Origin: an uncultured virus (IMG/VR IMGVR_UViG_3300002231_000753) | Taxonomy: Duplodnaviria; Heunggongvirae; Uroviricota; Caudoviricetes; Schitoviridae | Virus record (IMG/VR): IMGVR_UViG_3300002231_000753 | Coordinates: 1 to 64,000 of that record | DNA: 64,000 bases | Reading direction: 5' to 3' (one strand) | Part shown: in pieces, positions 1-11,720 of the stretch | Position numbering within the stretch: the stretch's first letter is position 1 | Layout: each line of letters opens with the position of its first letter | Notes under the pieces: generated by a model | What the model was told of the DNA's origin: nothing | Database searches by the model: none | What the model saw: the letters and a program-made list of their open reading frames with translations, nothing else | Made by a program: the position numbers and the translations under genes

Positions 1-35
1 AACAAAATTTATACAACAAAATAGCGAGATAATTC

Positions 36-1697
36 ATGCCTTCAATAATCAATCCAGGATTAATGGCAGTAAAGCCGGCATTTGATGGAGTACGTCGATC
101 TATCTACCCAGAAGGAGGTTCCCCCAGTTTATACGCTATCGGTGTACCCCATCCTTCTTACTACTATGGATATGACCCAATAACTGAAGTTATTCCTTCA
201 GATCCTACTGAGTGGGCAACCGACGAAGAACACCCATTATTTTATTACATCAATAATGAAACTGGTAACGATGCAAATGGCAATGGAACTCCAACAAGTC
301 CACGCTTAACTATTCCACAAGACATGGATCATCCTGCAGGTACCGTGATAGTCGTCGAAGCAACAGCTACTACATATGTAACTGGTGGCGACGGTCGATG
401 GCAGATGTACATGAAAGGTAATCGGACTAAGAAGTGTTGGATAGTTGGACGTAATGGTTTGCCTAAGCTCGATGACGAATTTCGCATGATTAGTTGTTAC
501 CACACTATCGTAGATGGATTCGAATGGACGAAGACAGGCAATGCCCACTATCAAGTACATGACAGCGCGTATTCTGAATACTTAACGCTCCGTAACTGTA
601 AGAGTGTAAGCGGTACTGGTGCTGCTTTAAGTGGTGCACTGCATGCATGCGCAGGTTCTAGCAATTTACTAAAATCAAAAGGACTGGTTATTTGGAATTG
701 TGAAATGTCGAATTACGGAGAGAATTTAGCTACCTCTATAGAAAACGATATTCATGCATTTAAGCCTCACCAAAATTACACCGATATATGGATGCTAGAC
801 TGTGTTAGCACAAATTTAGGTGGTGACTGTGTTCAAGTAGGTGGTGCTAATACCCCGGTAGCTAATCGATGCGAACGGGTGTACATCGCTAAAAATGATT
901 TTTCTAATACGTTAGAGAATGCTGTCGATATTAAGTCAGCGCGAGATATCGTTATTAGTCAGAATGAAATGTACAACTTTAATCGGGCAGGTACTTCAGG
1001 CGGATTGGATGTAGCAACTCCAGTAATTATCCATGATGATCCGGTTAATGTCTGGTGTTTGGCTAATACAGCTCACAACATTGCAAATGGTTTGATGTGT
1101 ACCGGCGGTGATGGTGTCCATTTCTTGGGGAATGTCCTCTACGATATCGATCCTGTTATGGCTTATGATCCTGACAATGCTTACGGTATAGGGCACGCGT
1201 TTAATATGCGAGCCACCACTAATGGCACTATTGCATACAATACTGTCTATGATTATTCAGGTGGATTCGCTGGAGCTGGTGCACAAGATATCGATATACG
1301 TGCAAATATTTTCCATACACGTAATCGCGTTGATGGTCATGAATTCAATTTTGCAAACATCAACGATTATGCTGGAGGAACATCTGACAATAACGTATTT
1401 TATCCTGTAATTAATGCAGCAAGTTTCAGACGTTATACTACTGAAGAAACTTTGGCACAGTATCAAGTAAGTACTTCCCAAGAAGCCAATGCTATAACTG
1501 TTGATCCATTATTGAATGCTCCTCTTACTCAAGATTTTAGACTGCAAACAGGCTCTCCTGCAATCGATGCTGGAGGAACTAAGCCAGATGCAATTGCAGA
1601 TTTTTTAACATTGTACGGCATTGGAATCGATGTCGATTATCAAAATGATCCTAGAGGCACGGTAGGTAATATCGGCGCCATTGAAGAGGTGGTGTAA
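36..1697 (+). CDS. Right-handed beta-helix (pectate-lyase-like) virion/tailspike-type protein
   Basis: Parallel beta-helix repeats (ENAVDIKSARDIVISQNEMY, NGTIAYNTVY). C-terminal DFRLQTGSPAIDAG...NIGAIE motif typical of beta-helix/choice-of-anchor Q proteins. Confidence 0.6.
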   Translation: MPSIINPGLMAVKPAFDGVRRSIYPEGGSPSLYAIGVPHPSYYYGYDPITEVIPSDPTEWATDEEHPLFYYINNETGNDANGNGTPTSPRLTIPQDMDHPAGTVIVVEATATTYVTGGDGRWQMYMKGNRTKKCWIVGRNGLPKLDDEFRMISCYHTIVDGFEWTKTGNAHYQVHDSAYSEYLTLRNCKSVSGTGAALSGALHACAGSSNLLKSKGLVIWNCEMSNYGENLATSIENDIHAFKPHQNYTDIWMLDCVSTNLGGDCVQVGGANTPVANRCERVYIAKNDFSNTLENAVDIKSARDIVISQNEMYNFNRAGTSGGLDVATPVIIHDDPVNVWCLANTAHNIANGLMCTGGDGVHFLGNVLYDIDPVMAYDPDNAYGIGHAFNMRATTNGTIAYNTVYDYSGGFAGAGAQDIDIRANIFHTRNRVDGHEFNFANINDYAGGTSDNNVFYPVINAASFRRYTTEETLAQYQVSTSQEANAITVDPLLNAPLTQDFRLQTGSPAIDAGGTKPDAIADFLTLYGIGIDVDYQNDPRGTVGNIGAIEEVV

Positions 1698-4180
1698 TGC
1701 CTACAGATAGAATTAGATACGTAGATCCAGATGCATCGGGTGCAGCTAATGGGCTTACTCGTACAGATGCTTATGTAAGTCAAGTAGCAGCTATAGCGGC
1801 AGAAGTAGCTAATCCTGATTTAGTGAATGATGATGTTAGGCTGGTACTTGTTTGCTTATCTTCTGCAGGTAGTCCAGATGTTGGTGGCCATTCCAGTATC
1901 GCATCCACATGGAATACTAATTACGATACCGGACACTATATTTTAGTTGTATCCGATCTTGGTCATGGTGCTAGCGCAACCTGGGATGCCACTAAATATC
2001 GATGCGAAACTTCTGCAGGCACGATGTCACTGTTTAGGGATATTATTTTTGATAATATTCAGATCGATGCCACAGCAGTTGCTTCAAGTCAGGGATTATT
2101 TTCATTACGTGATGGTGGAGCTAGTCACCGTGAATTTAAGAAGTGCTACTTACGTTATTCAGGTACCGGAGGCAGTAGTAACTATTTTGCAGCCTTTGCT
2201 TCGAGCATAGGAGTACACTTCTCCAACAACATATTTGAAGGTTGGCCCCAAACTGCCATCGACAACACGAGAACTACCGGAGTAAGTTATTACTACTCCA
2301 ACACGTTCATAAATTGCGGTACCGATATCAGCTATGCGAATGCTGATTTGGCAGTACTGAAGAATAACTTATCTTCTGGATCGACTAACGGTTTTGTGGG
2401 CACATATGCAGCAGGCTCTGATTACAACGCTACTGATCAAGTAAGCCTTGGTTACACGGTAACAGGCGGTGGCAATAGCAATGATCGAGCTAGCCAGACC
2501 TTTACCTTTGATGGTTCAGGTTACGAGCCTACAGTTCTTGATGTAGGTGCGTATGGCCATGGTGTAAGCCTTGATACTGATCCAGATTACCCAGTCACAG
2601 ACGGCATTAAGGGACTTCCTAGAGCGGTACCCACGACAATTGGTGCTGCTGATCCTGATGCCGCAATAGTTATACGTCCAGAGATCGATACGGTTACTCC
2701 AGATCCATTAGTGGATGGCGGGAATATAACAATCACCGGTACCAATATGGATCTAACTGATTCATTGGTATTACGTTCAGGTAGTTCTGAGTCTGTCCAG
2801 TTAACAGCTAATCAAACTCCAACGCAGTTAGGCCCAAACTTATTGCAAATGGGCGATTGCCCACATACTGACATTAACCAAACAGTATTTGCTGCAATTT
2901 CTAACGGTATCGATCCGGAACATATTGCGCAGGTTACATATAATCCCAATGCTAATTGGAATCTGACAACTATTTCTACACCAGATTTGGATGCTGCTAA
3001 TTCCTTATTGGGATTTGTAGAAAATGCTCCTGCTGTAGAGGATGATCAGTTACTTACCCCTAAATTAACACGTAATGGTGAAACGCTTGATGTATTTCCA
3101 GATGGTACTTTTGAAATAGGTGGAGGTACCGGTACTGATTATATTGATGGTATTTATTTCTGGTCATCGGTTACAGGAATACGTTCAGGCCCGGTAACAA
3201 TTGAAATAAGTGAAGGGGACATAATAGCGCCACCATTAACTCCTGGATGGTCACAATTCGGGACTATTACTAAAGTAGGTACAGAATTTCCGTTATACGT
3301 ATCAGCTAACCCCGATACAGGGTTAGTAGCTGTAGGCATGGAAGGTACCCTGACAAATGACGAAGTACTTATTACCGGTATCGGGAATGCATACACTAGT
3401 CCAGCTACTTTCCCCAATGGTGNCCCAGGACTAAGCTGTCAGAATAACGTTAATGACAACATTTATGCACTTAAGCCTGAGTATGCTCCAACTCCTGAAA
3501 TATACGTATTAGCCGGTGCCACAGGTTCATGGAGCCTTGCGGTAACACCATTAGGCGGAACATATTCATTAGATGTGCACAGTGCCAGTAACACTCTCTA
3601 CACCATAACTGATAATTCAGGCAGTAAGGTTTATCAGTTTGATAATGCTACCGGTTCAGGCGTGGAATTATCCAGTTATCCTGGAGCCAATCCTTTACAT
3701 CTTTCCGTACAAGAATCTTCAGGGGATTTAGTTGTCTTTGATGCGTATGGTTCTGGTACGGCAGATTTCCATACTTACAACGGTACAAGCTGGTCTTCTG
3801 AAATAGATGCATTTAATGAGATACCTATAGGTCAGGTAGACAATATCCTATCTTTCTCAGTAACCAACGACGGTACTATGTATCTTGTAGTACTCAATGG
3901 TAATACTGAAACGCATCACTTCTTTGTACGTCCTGCTGGAGAAACAGATTGGACTGAAATCGATACAGCTGGTGGCCCTACTGGTGGCGTATATGGAATG
4001 GAAGCATATCCTGATGGTTCCAGANTNTACGTCACTGATTATAATATCTATGATGAAAGCGGTACTCACCAAGTATGGCGATATATTCCCTACACCGTAT
4101 CTGGAGATGTAGACTTAGATTTAGATATAATAACGCCGATATTAATGCCCGTAACTTTACCTATAATTCAACAGTACTAA
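1697..4180 (+). CDS. Large acidic virion protein: beta-helix, Ig/IPT-like middle, C-terminal beta-propeller
   Basis: Coupled to the upstream gene by TAATG. N-terminal RYVDPDASGAANG; IPT-like PEIDTVTP...ITITGTN; propeller-like repeats at the C-terminus. Confidence 0.5.
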   Translation: MPTDRIRYVDPDASGAANGLTRTDAYVSQVAAIAAEVANPDLVNDDVRLVLVCLSSAGSPDVGGHSSIASTWNTNYDTGHYILVVSDLGHGASATWDATKYRCETSAGTMSLFRDIIFDNIQIDATAVASSQGLFSLRDGGASHREFKKCYLRYSGTGGSSNYFAAFASSIGVHFSNNIFEGWPQTAIDNTRTTGVSYYYSNTFINCGTDISYANADLAVLKNNLSSGSTNGFVGTYAAGSDYNATDQVSLGYTVTGGGNSNDRASQTFTFDGSGYEPTVLDVGAYGHGVSLDTDPDYPVTDGIKGLPRAVPTTIGAADPDAAIVIRPEIDTVTPDPLVDGGNITITGTNMDLTDSLVLRSGSSESVQLTANQTPTQLGPNLLQMGDCPHTDINQTVFAAISNGIDPEHIAQVTYNPNANWNLTTISTPDLDAANSLLGFVENAPAVEDDQLLTPKLTRNGETLDVFPDGTFEIGGGTGTDYIDGIYFWSSVTGIRSGPVTIEISEGDIIAPPLTPGWSQFGTITKVGTEFPLYVSANPDTGLVAVGMEGTLTNDEVLITGIGNAYTSPATFPNGXPGLSCQNNVNDNIYALKPEYAPTPEIYVLAGATGSWSLAVTPLGGTYSLDVHSASNTLYTITDNSGSKVYQFDNATGSGVELSSYPGANPLHLSVQESSGDLVVFDAYGSGTADFHTYNGTSWSSEIDAFNEIPIGQVDNILSFSVTNDGTMYLVVLNGNTETHHFFVRPAGETDWTEIDTAGGPTGGVYGMEAYPDGSRXYVTDYNIYDESGTHQVWRYIPYTVSGDVDLDLDIITPILMPVTLPIIQQY

Positions 4181-4190
4181 AGGAACAATC

Positions 4191-4451
4191 ATGAAAACTA
4201 AAAAATTAAACTTCACTGCAAACGAAGCAAAGAATATTGCATTTAAACGTCCACAGAATGTAGTAATCGAAGGCACATTTGATGGTGCCTCTGTAACTCA
4301 TACTATGCAGGATACAGCTACTCCTTTGCGAGCTGCTGACACTGTAGCAACTTCTTATCGTTCGTCTATGATGAAGAATACTTTCACCATTACCAATGCT
4401 GGGGCAAGTACAGATATAACTATATCTTTTGATGAAATCTACAATGACTAA
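4191..4451 (+). CDS. Small beta-rich hypothetical protein, possibly a virion protein
   Basis: AAGGA RBS before ATG; beta-strand pattern with GTFDGASV. Confidence 0.55.
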   Translation: MKTKKLNFTANEAKNIAFKRPQNVVIEGTFDGASVTHTMQDTATPLRAADTVATSYRSSMMKNTFTITNAGASTDITISFDEIYND

Positions 4452-4580
4452 TGATGAAGATTACTCATTAACATATGAAGAAAAAGAATTCATAGGTAAG
4501 TTATTCAAACCTAGACGCAGAAAACGGCGAACAGTAAAAGTGGAGAAGCCTCCTTCTTCACCAACTTCAGGTAATTAAAC

Positions 4581-5996
4581 ATGGCTGTATTTTTTTATTA
4601 TATAAAACTAGGTGGAACAGCAACTGGTGATGGTGGCAGATACGCCACAGAAAAAGTTGGAAGTTGGGCTACTGCTTTTTCTGCTACTTCAGAGTATTAC
4701 AATAGCTTAGAAGAGTGTTTGGATAATGCTACTACTAAGCCTACTGGCGAAGATTCTATTCGTATATCACATTTACATTTATTTGATTCAGGTAATACCG
4801 AAATACGTTATGAGTTGGTTACACCTCCTTCTGCCCCTATTGAGATAATTTCCGTTGATGATGCTAATGTAGATACTCCATTGGCAGGTGCGGCAGAAGA
4901 TGCAGGTACTGCTGATACATATTTCCGTGGCTATGAATTTATAGCTTATAAGTTTTATGGGTTCAAAGTACTTTGTGATGAGCCAACGATAGGTGGAGTA
5001 GGTTCTAACATCTCTCTGTACATGAAAGACAGTTTTTTTGAGTTATTAGGTAATGATCAAATTACTGTTTACGGCGTCAGAGACAGTCATAATGTTCATC
5101 TAGATCACTGCAATATCCACTATACTACCAGTTCAGCCAACTCTACCTTCGATATCCGTGCTAATGGCAAAGTAGTTATGCATGGAGGCAGTATTACCGG
5201 TGATAGTAACGTAGGTGGACTCATATATAATTCGTCTATGGAAGGAGGCATGCGAGGGGAGTTTGTTGGTGTAGATTTAAGTGTATTAACTGGGCCGGTA
5301 ATTAGCGCTACAGGTGCGCAATCCGCAGATGATTTCATAGATGTATTAATTAAAGGATGTCCTTTATCTACTACGAATTATTGTTCTGAAGTATTTAATA
5401 CAGACAATAAACTACTTAAAGTAATTCAGAGTGGGGCTACTGCTGCAATACGTGAGTATCAGTATTTCCAGAGAACTTGGGCAGGTGACGTAAATGCAGT
5501 ACCGGGCTCCAATGACGTATGCCGAGTACAATCTATCCCATTACAATTAAGCGGAGAGAAAGTTAGTCTTAAATTAGATACCCGTGCTGAATGCGAATTT
5601 GGACGTACTCTCGATATAAACTTGAAAGCATATGTACCGTTCTCATCGGGCAAAACTAAGTGCAGAATTTACATCTCACAGCCTAATAGTAATCCAGCAT
5701 TGAACAATGAAAATTGTTACATAGAGGCAAACTACATAAAAGATTCTGATAGCATTTATGAAGTGATAACTACAGAGATGCCTATCATGGGTACCCCTAC
5801 AATACTCTCAGTTGACTTAGATAGTGATTGGGAAGATGGCGGAGTACCTGTAAGCGGATTCAATAAATATTACATCGATGTTGAGATGGATGGAGTAGCA
5901 AATCCATTAGGACAAGATTGCGTTGTAGATATGGTTCTACATGTCGCGAGTCCTTCTGCCGCTATCTATGTAGAGCCAGTTGTTGGAGTTTTATAA
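4581..5996 (+). CDS. Beta-helix-like putative virion/tail protein
   Basis: 471-aa ORF. N-terminal YYIKLGGTATGDGG resembles the start of the 1697 protein; beta-solenoid composition. Confidence 0.5.
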   Translation: MAVFFYYIKLGGTATGDGGRYATEKVGSWATAFSATSEYYNSLEECLDNATTKPTGEDSIRISHLHLFDSGNTEIRYELVTPPSAPIEIISVDDANVDTPLAGAAEDAGTADTYFRGYEFIAYKFYGFKVLCDEPTIGGVGSNISLYMKDSFFELLGNDQITVYGVRDSHNVHLDHCNIHYTTSSANSTFDIRANGKVVMHGGSITGDSNVGGLIYNSSMEGGMRGEFVGVDLSVLTGPVISATGAQSADDFIDVLIKGCPLSTTNYCSEVFNTDNKLLKVIQSGATAAIREYQYFQRTWAGDVNAVPGSNDVCRVQSIPLQLSGEKVSLKLDTRAECEFGRTLDINLKAYVPFSSGKTKCRIYISQPNSNPALNNENCYIEANYIKDSDSIYEVITTEMPIMGTPTILSVDLDSDWEDGGVPVSGFNKYYIDVEMDGVANPLGQDCVVDMVLHVASPSAAIYVEPVVGVL

Positions 5997-8649
5997 TGCC
6001 TAAAGTCTATTTGATTGATGGTACATATTTTACAGATGACGATGCATTCAGACCTTCCATAGTTAATGGATCATTCCTTAATTCATCGACTCCTGGGATT
6101 AAATATACTCTGCAAATTGGCGGAGGTAGTCCCATATCAGATGGAACCAGTATCTCTTGGAGTATTACACCACAAGGTGCTTCCACATTTTATTGGAGAG
6201 TGTATGACTTAAATGTGTGGGGAGGACAAATTCTCACAGATGAAGAAATTATTTCTGGAGATGGTGCACACGTTAAAGGATCTTCTGAATTAACCTCGGG
6301 AGGCGTACAGACTTTTCTAACAGAAGGATTAGTCCAAGATACCCCTTATATACTCGCAGGGTATTTAGATAACTACGGTATATTGTCTGATCCGGTTGCA
6401 GGTAACAACCTGGTAAGAACGGTATTCACGTTCCCTAATATAACTGTGACTCCTGCAACTGTAGGCAGTGATACCGTAAGTTTTGGAGTAACTACAGATT
6501 ATACGGGCACAGCCAATTGGGTATTAGTTAGAGGCGGGACGTATCCTGATGATGACGAGGTGTTATCTGGAGAAGGTGCAGCATATTCTGGAAATGTAGC
6601 TCTAGTTAGTGGCGTAGAACAAGTCATCGAAATAACAGGACTAACTCCCGATTACTCATATATGCTAGCAGTAATCCAAGATAATAATGGCAGTCATTGG
6701 GATGCTGATGAACAAATACTTATCACGGATGGGCTTGATGAAGCTCCTGAGTATTTTGAAATAAGTACATTCGAGCAAGCTGAAGGCTCTCACGGAATTT
6801 ACAGTGTCTCTCTTGATGGCGACAATGTAATAGCAACTACATCTGGAGGTGATCCTGAATTTATTTTTAAAAGGACTCGGTTATCTGAAACCATACGTAA
6901 ACCTGTCTACGAAAACATAAGTCAAAATTACCCGATATTCCTTGGAGTAAATCATAAGGTAGAAACTGCTTATGGTCAGGATGCTTTGTGGGTAGTAGAT
7001 TTTTCAGGTACTCCAAAAATATTTAACGGAACTTCCTGGGAAAATGGGCCTGTTTATAATGGCTCACTTATCGGCATAACATATTGCGCAGCACAAGATA
7101 CTTTTGTGCTTATGGGTAACGATGGTAATCGTGATTATCTTTACACCCTGTCAGATAAAAACAGTACCTATGTACAACTCGATCCGGTATTTTCTGCTGC
7201 TGTAAGATATAGTGGATTTTCCCCAATGTCTTCATATGAAAATGCTGTCACATTTCTTAGTGACGAGGGCGGAACTACTTATGTATTCATATATGACTTC
7301 ATTACTGAATGGGGATTGATAAGTACTCCTGCAAATTACAATCCATTAAGTGTTGTAGTAGATAATATCAATACTAATGCTATTTACTTAACGACACTAA
7401 ATGACGGTGATACCGAGCAAAAGATATTTAAACAATATAACGGTTTTTTTGATTGGGTTGAGATAGAAGATTTTCCTGGCACATCTCCTTATGCACTTAA
7501 GATGGCTGAAAATAATAACCTAGTAATTTCTGAATATGATATCACTGAATCAGGTAATGATTCATTTCCAACTGTTTATGAATATGGATCGGCTTACCTA
7601 TCACTTAATCCGACATACATAGATAATTTCTTAGAAGGAAAGGAATGGACAGAAATACCTGTATCTAATTTAGTAGCACCATTTGCTTATGCGCCAAAAA
7701 TAGATTCTATAAGTAAAGAACTCTATGTAAATACATTCTTGCCAGATAGCCCCTGTACAAAGCTTATATAGACTAAGGGACGATATCACTTACCCTATAG
7801 GACAAACTCTACCTGATGCTCCTGAACAATATGTAACTCAAAGTAGGTATATCCAATTTTGCAAAACTGATTTGGGCATCTCAATATGCGTCAGGAGACA
7901 ATACGTTATATAAATCCAATATGGATACGGTCTTTTGGGAAGCAGGGATCACTTTGCCTAGTGATACGAGCGTACTAACCATTGAAATCGATCAGTCCAA
8001 TAATGATATGTACGTGCTTGTAGTAAATACTGTTACTGTAGAATCTAAGATTTATAAATACACAAACAGTACAGGCACTCCTAAAGAAATATCTACTTCA
8101 TTGGATGCCAGTGCTGCCCCATTTTCCATAGCTTACGATCAGACAAACAAGGTTCTATCGACATTCATGGTTTATACTGTAGATGGTAACTCTGTAGGGG
8201 CGTTAATGGACTACGCTGACGGTACATGGACTGAGAATGCTTACGTCCCTGATATAACTCAAAATAATCAAATTCGTACTATGAGCTATGGTACTGATGG
8301 TACTCTCTATACAATTATGAGTGATACCGCAGAATTCTGGGTAAACTACATTCTCAAAGGTTCGTCTGAATCTGTTGTGATAGATACACTTCCACTGTTC
8401 CGATATCCTTCAGAAATCTCTGTAGATTATGTAGATGATACGGTATACGTGTGCATGTATGACACTACAGATGGTAGTGGGGAAAATATTGTATATCGTT
8501 ATGGCATACCGGAAGAAGATATCGTTCCTCCTGTGTCTGAAGAAGATGCGTACATTCCTCAAGAATCTGCCGTAGATTTGATGAGGAAGTATTTTAAAAA
8601 GAAAACTAATTGTGCAATCAATAAAGTTCGAAAAGGAAAATGGAGGTAA
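5996..8649 (+). CDS. Large virion protein with two FN3-like repeats and beta-propeller modules; ORFs 5996-7771 and 7921-8649 probably one gene broken by frameshifts
   Basis: ATG at 5996 overlaps the upstream TAA. Internal duplication DEEIISGDGA...GLVQDTPY / DDEVLSGEGA...GLTPDYSY. Propeller repeats continue in the 7921 ORF. Confidence 0.5.
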
Positions 8650-8657
8650 ATATTACG

Positions 8658-9359
8658 ATGAGTAATGCCCTTACAATTGAACAATTCCAATCCGTTATGC
8701 CCACTAAGGCTAAAAAGAATATCAGCCAACAGCTTGTAGATAACATCAATAAAACGATGAGTGACCCTATTCTTCGTGAAAGTTATCGGGATAACTTATT
8801 AAGTTATTCCCGTGTAATGAACGAAGGCCGTATACAGATCGAGAAATATATCGATGCTGTACGGTACGTTAGTTTTAAATTAATGGGTGACGATAATAGA
8901 CAAGCGTATATAAAAACATTTCCTGATAGATACCAGCGATTAGTTAACGAGGGTAAAACCTTATCTGATATTGATTGCTATGTGCATGGATACAATAAAA
9001 CTAAAGTTGTTCAATTGGTTTTTGAACAAACGTTAACACCGGTACATGTATTGAATGCCGATCTATTTCAGAAAGCATTGAATACACAAGCAGAATTAAT
9101 GCTGACTGCTAAGAGCGAAAAAGTTCGCTCTGATGCTTGTGATAGTGTTATGCGTCAAACTCGTCCTCCTGAATCTGCTAAGTTAGAGATCGATGTGAAG
9201 ACCAAAGATGATGGTGCAATTAGTGAATTACGTGCAGCTACATTAGCCTTGGCAGCACAACAACGTGAAATGATTCAAGCCGGTGCAGTCAGTGCTAAAG
9301 ATGTTGCCGAGTCTAAAATTATTCATGGAACAGTAGTTGATTCAGAGGAGATGGATTAA
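8658..9359 (+). CDS. terS: Terminase small subunit (N4 gp69-like)
   Basis: YIDAVRYVSFKLMG, YIKTFPDRYQRL and KSEKVRSDA motifs of N4-like gp69; directly precedes TerL. Confidence 0.75.
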   Translation: MSNALTIEQFQSVMPTKAKKNISQQLVDNINKTMSDPILRESYRDNLLSYSRVMNEGRIQIEKYIDAVRYVSFKLMGDDNRQAYIKTFPDRYQRLVNEGKTLSDIDCYVHGYNKTKVVQLVFEQTLTPVHVLNADLFQKALNTQAELMLTAKSEKVRSDACDSVMRQTRPPESAKLEIDVKTKDDGAISELRAATLALAAQQREMIQAGAVSAKDVAESKIIHGTVVDSEEMD

Positions 9360-10954
9360 TGACTGAAGAAATCCAGAAAAAGGGAGTAGACATATTCCTT
9401 AATGAAATCGATTACTCGATTGATCCGAGGTATGTGCCTTCTCAATTTGCTCTGGAATTCGTGTCATTCATTAAATTAGTTGATGGGGATGAGTCAGAGA
9501 ACAAAACCCCAGTAGTTCACTATAAAATGATCGATAATTTTGTGAACTCTGGAGGCAAAGATGTAGCTAACATGTGTCATCGTGGCATAGCAAAAACTAC
9601 CTTGAAAGAATATCTAATTCTCTACTTAGCAGTGTATAGCGAGTTACCTGGATTCGGTAAAGTTCCTTATGCACTCTACGTATCAGATAGCATCGATAAC
9701 GGTGTTAAGAAGATGCGTAAGAGTTTGGAATTCCGGCACAACAATTCTGAGTTCCTTCAGAAATATGTACCCACTATCAAATTTACTGACATACGCTGGG
9801 AGTTCATTAATGCTTCCGGTGCATCATTAGTTGTATCCGGTCATGGTGCCAAAACAGGTGTTCGTGGTACCCGTGAGAATGGTTCACGTCCAGTATTGGC
9901 ATTGCTCGATGATTTGATTAGTGATTCGGATGCACGTTCAGCAACGGTTATTGCCGATGTTGAGGATACGATATATAAAGCGATCGATTACGCCTTACAT
10001 CCTAAGAAACGTAAAATCATATGGTCCGGTACCCCGTTTAACGCAAGAGATCCATTATATAAAGCTGTTGAATCTGGGGCCTGGGCTGTAAACGTGTATC
10101 CGGTATGTGAGAGTTTTCCGTGTACCCGAGAAGAATTCAAGGGCTCATGGGAAGATCGATTTGACTACGATTACGTAGAAACCCAATATAATAAAGCCAT
10201 GGCATTAGGCAAAGTCGATACCTTTAACCAGGAATTGATGCTCCGCATCATGTCCGATGAAGATCGACTGATTCGTGACTGCGATATCAGTTGGTATAAA
10301 CGGGAACTTGTCTTAAGTAACAAAGGCTTATTCAATTTCTATATCACCACTGACTTTGCTACCAGTGAAGAATCTGCAAGTGATTTTAGCGTTATTTCGG
10401 TATGGGCCTATAATAATCAGGGTCACTGGTTATGGGTTGACGGTATTTGTAAGAAACAATTAATGGATCGCAACGTAGCTGATTTATTTAGATTGGTTCA
10501 AGAGTACAAACCCCTGGAAGTAGGTATTGAAGTATCCGGTCAACAAGGTGGATTTATCCCTTGGTTGCAGGATGAAATGTTCACTCGAAACATCTATTTC
10601 AATTTAGCCAGTGAAGGTAATGCCAATAAGCCTGGTATTCGTCCTAATACCAATAAATTTACCCGGTTCAATGTTGTAGTTCCGTGGTTCAAACTTAACA
10701 GGGTATTCCTTCCAGAAGAACGTAAGGGAAGTCCCGAAATAGTTGAGGCCATGGAGGAATTAACTTTGGTGACCATTAAAGGCTTTAAGAGTAAGCATGA
10801 TGATTGGATTGATACTGTATCTATGTTGGCTTCATTAAATGCATGGAAGCCTTCTGAGACAGGAGATATCAGTATGAATCAGACTACCGGGGTTTATGAG
10901 TTAGATGATGACGATGACGACGATATCGATAGAATGGGTTCGTATATTGTATAG
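9359..10954 (+). CDS. terL: Terminase large subunit (N4 gp68-like)
   Basis: Walker A variant CHRGIAKTT, Walker B LALLDDL, SGTPF, nuclease ITTDFA and KHDDWID. Confidence 0.95.
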   Translation: MTEEIQKKGVDIFLNEIDYSIDPRYVPSQFALEFVSFIKLVDGDESENKTPVVHYKMIDNFVNSGGKDVANMCHRGIAKTTLKEYLILYLAVYSELPGFGKVPYALYVSDSIDNGVKKMRKSLEFRHNNSEFLQKYVPTIKFTDIRWEFINASGASLVVSGHGAKTGVRGTRENGSRPVLALLDDLISDSDARSATVIADVEDTIYKAIDYALHPKKRKIIWSGTPFNARDPLYKAVESGAWAVNVYPVCESFPCTREEFKGSWEDRFDYDYVETQYNKAMALGKVDTFNQELMLRIMSDEDRLIRDCDISWYKRELVLSNKGLFNFYITTDFATSEESASDFSVISVWAYNNQGHWLWVDGICKKQLMDRNVADLFRLVQEYKPLEVGIEVSGQQGGFIPWLQDEMFTRNIYFNLASEGNANKPGIRPNTNKFTRFNVVVPWFKLNRVFLPEERKGSPEIVEAMEELTLVTIKGFKSKHDDWIDTVSMLASLNAWKPSETGDISMNQTTGVYELDDDDDDDIDRMGSYIV

Positions 10955-10998
10955 TAAATACCCGCTATACTTGTAATAACTTCGACTGAGGCAGAACA

Positions 10999-11710
10999 AT
11001 GCTCTTATCTACAATATTTGAACAACTTACCTATGGAGAGCTGGCTAATTTGCCCGTATCAGGGGAATTAAATACTCCGGGTATCCAAGTACAAAATTAC
11101 CCTGCAATCATCTCTCACATCAATATGGGGTTAACTGAGTTATATAAAACATTCCCTTTAAAACGTGATGAAGTAACTGTTCAACAGTATGACCATATTG
11201 AGACTTATTACTTACGTAAGAAGTACGCCCAAACCAATGATGATTCTGATGAAACGTATAAATATATCGAAGATACTCAGTTTGAGCCCTTTCTAGGAAA
11301 TGTACTCGTTATCGATGAAGTCGTTAATGAAGATGGCCAAGTACTATTTAAGAATGATGATACTGAATACTGGTCAGTATTTACGCCTACGTTTGATGCG
11401 GTCCAGGTACCGTTTGCTGATTCAAGTAATATGATGATTGTGACGTATCGTGCAGATCATGCGCACATACCCCTGGACTACAACTGAAATTACTACTTAC
11501 GAAGTAGAGTTGCCTACTACTCATTTACAGGCTTTACTCTATTTTGTTGCTCACCGAGCATCTAATGCTTCTCCGGGATTAGAAGATACAAATTCGGCCA
11601 ATGATTACTATGCCAAGTACATGCAGCAAGTCCAATTAATCACTGATTTGCAGCTAAATAATGAAACGTCGACTACCAATTTAAAGTTAGTTGACCAAGG
11701 TTATCCATAA
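10999..11710 (+). CDS. Head-tail adaptor (N4 gp67-like), frameshifted near 11480
   Basis: LTYGELANL, HINMGLTELYKTF and ALLYFVAHR motifs; position after TerL; two overlapping ORFs join to ~236 aa. Confidence 0.75.
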
Positions 11711-11720
11711 GGTGTAATCC

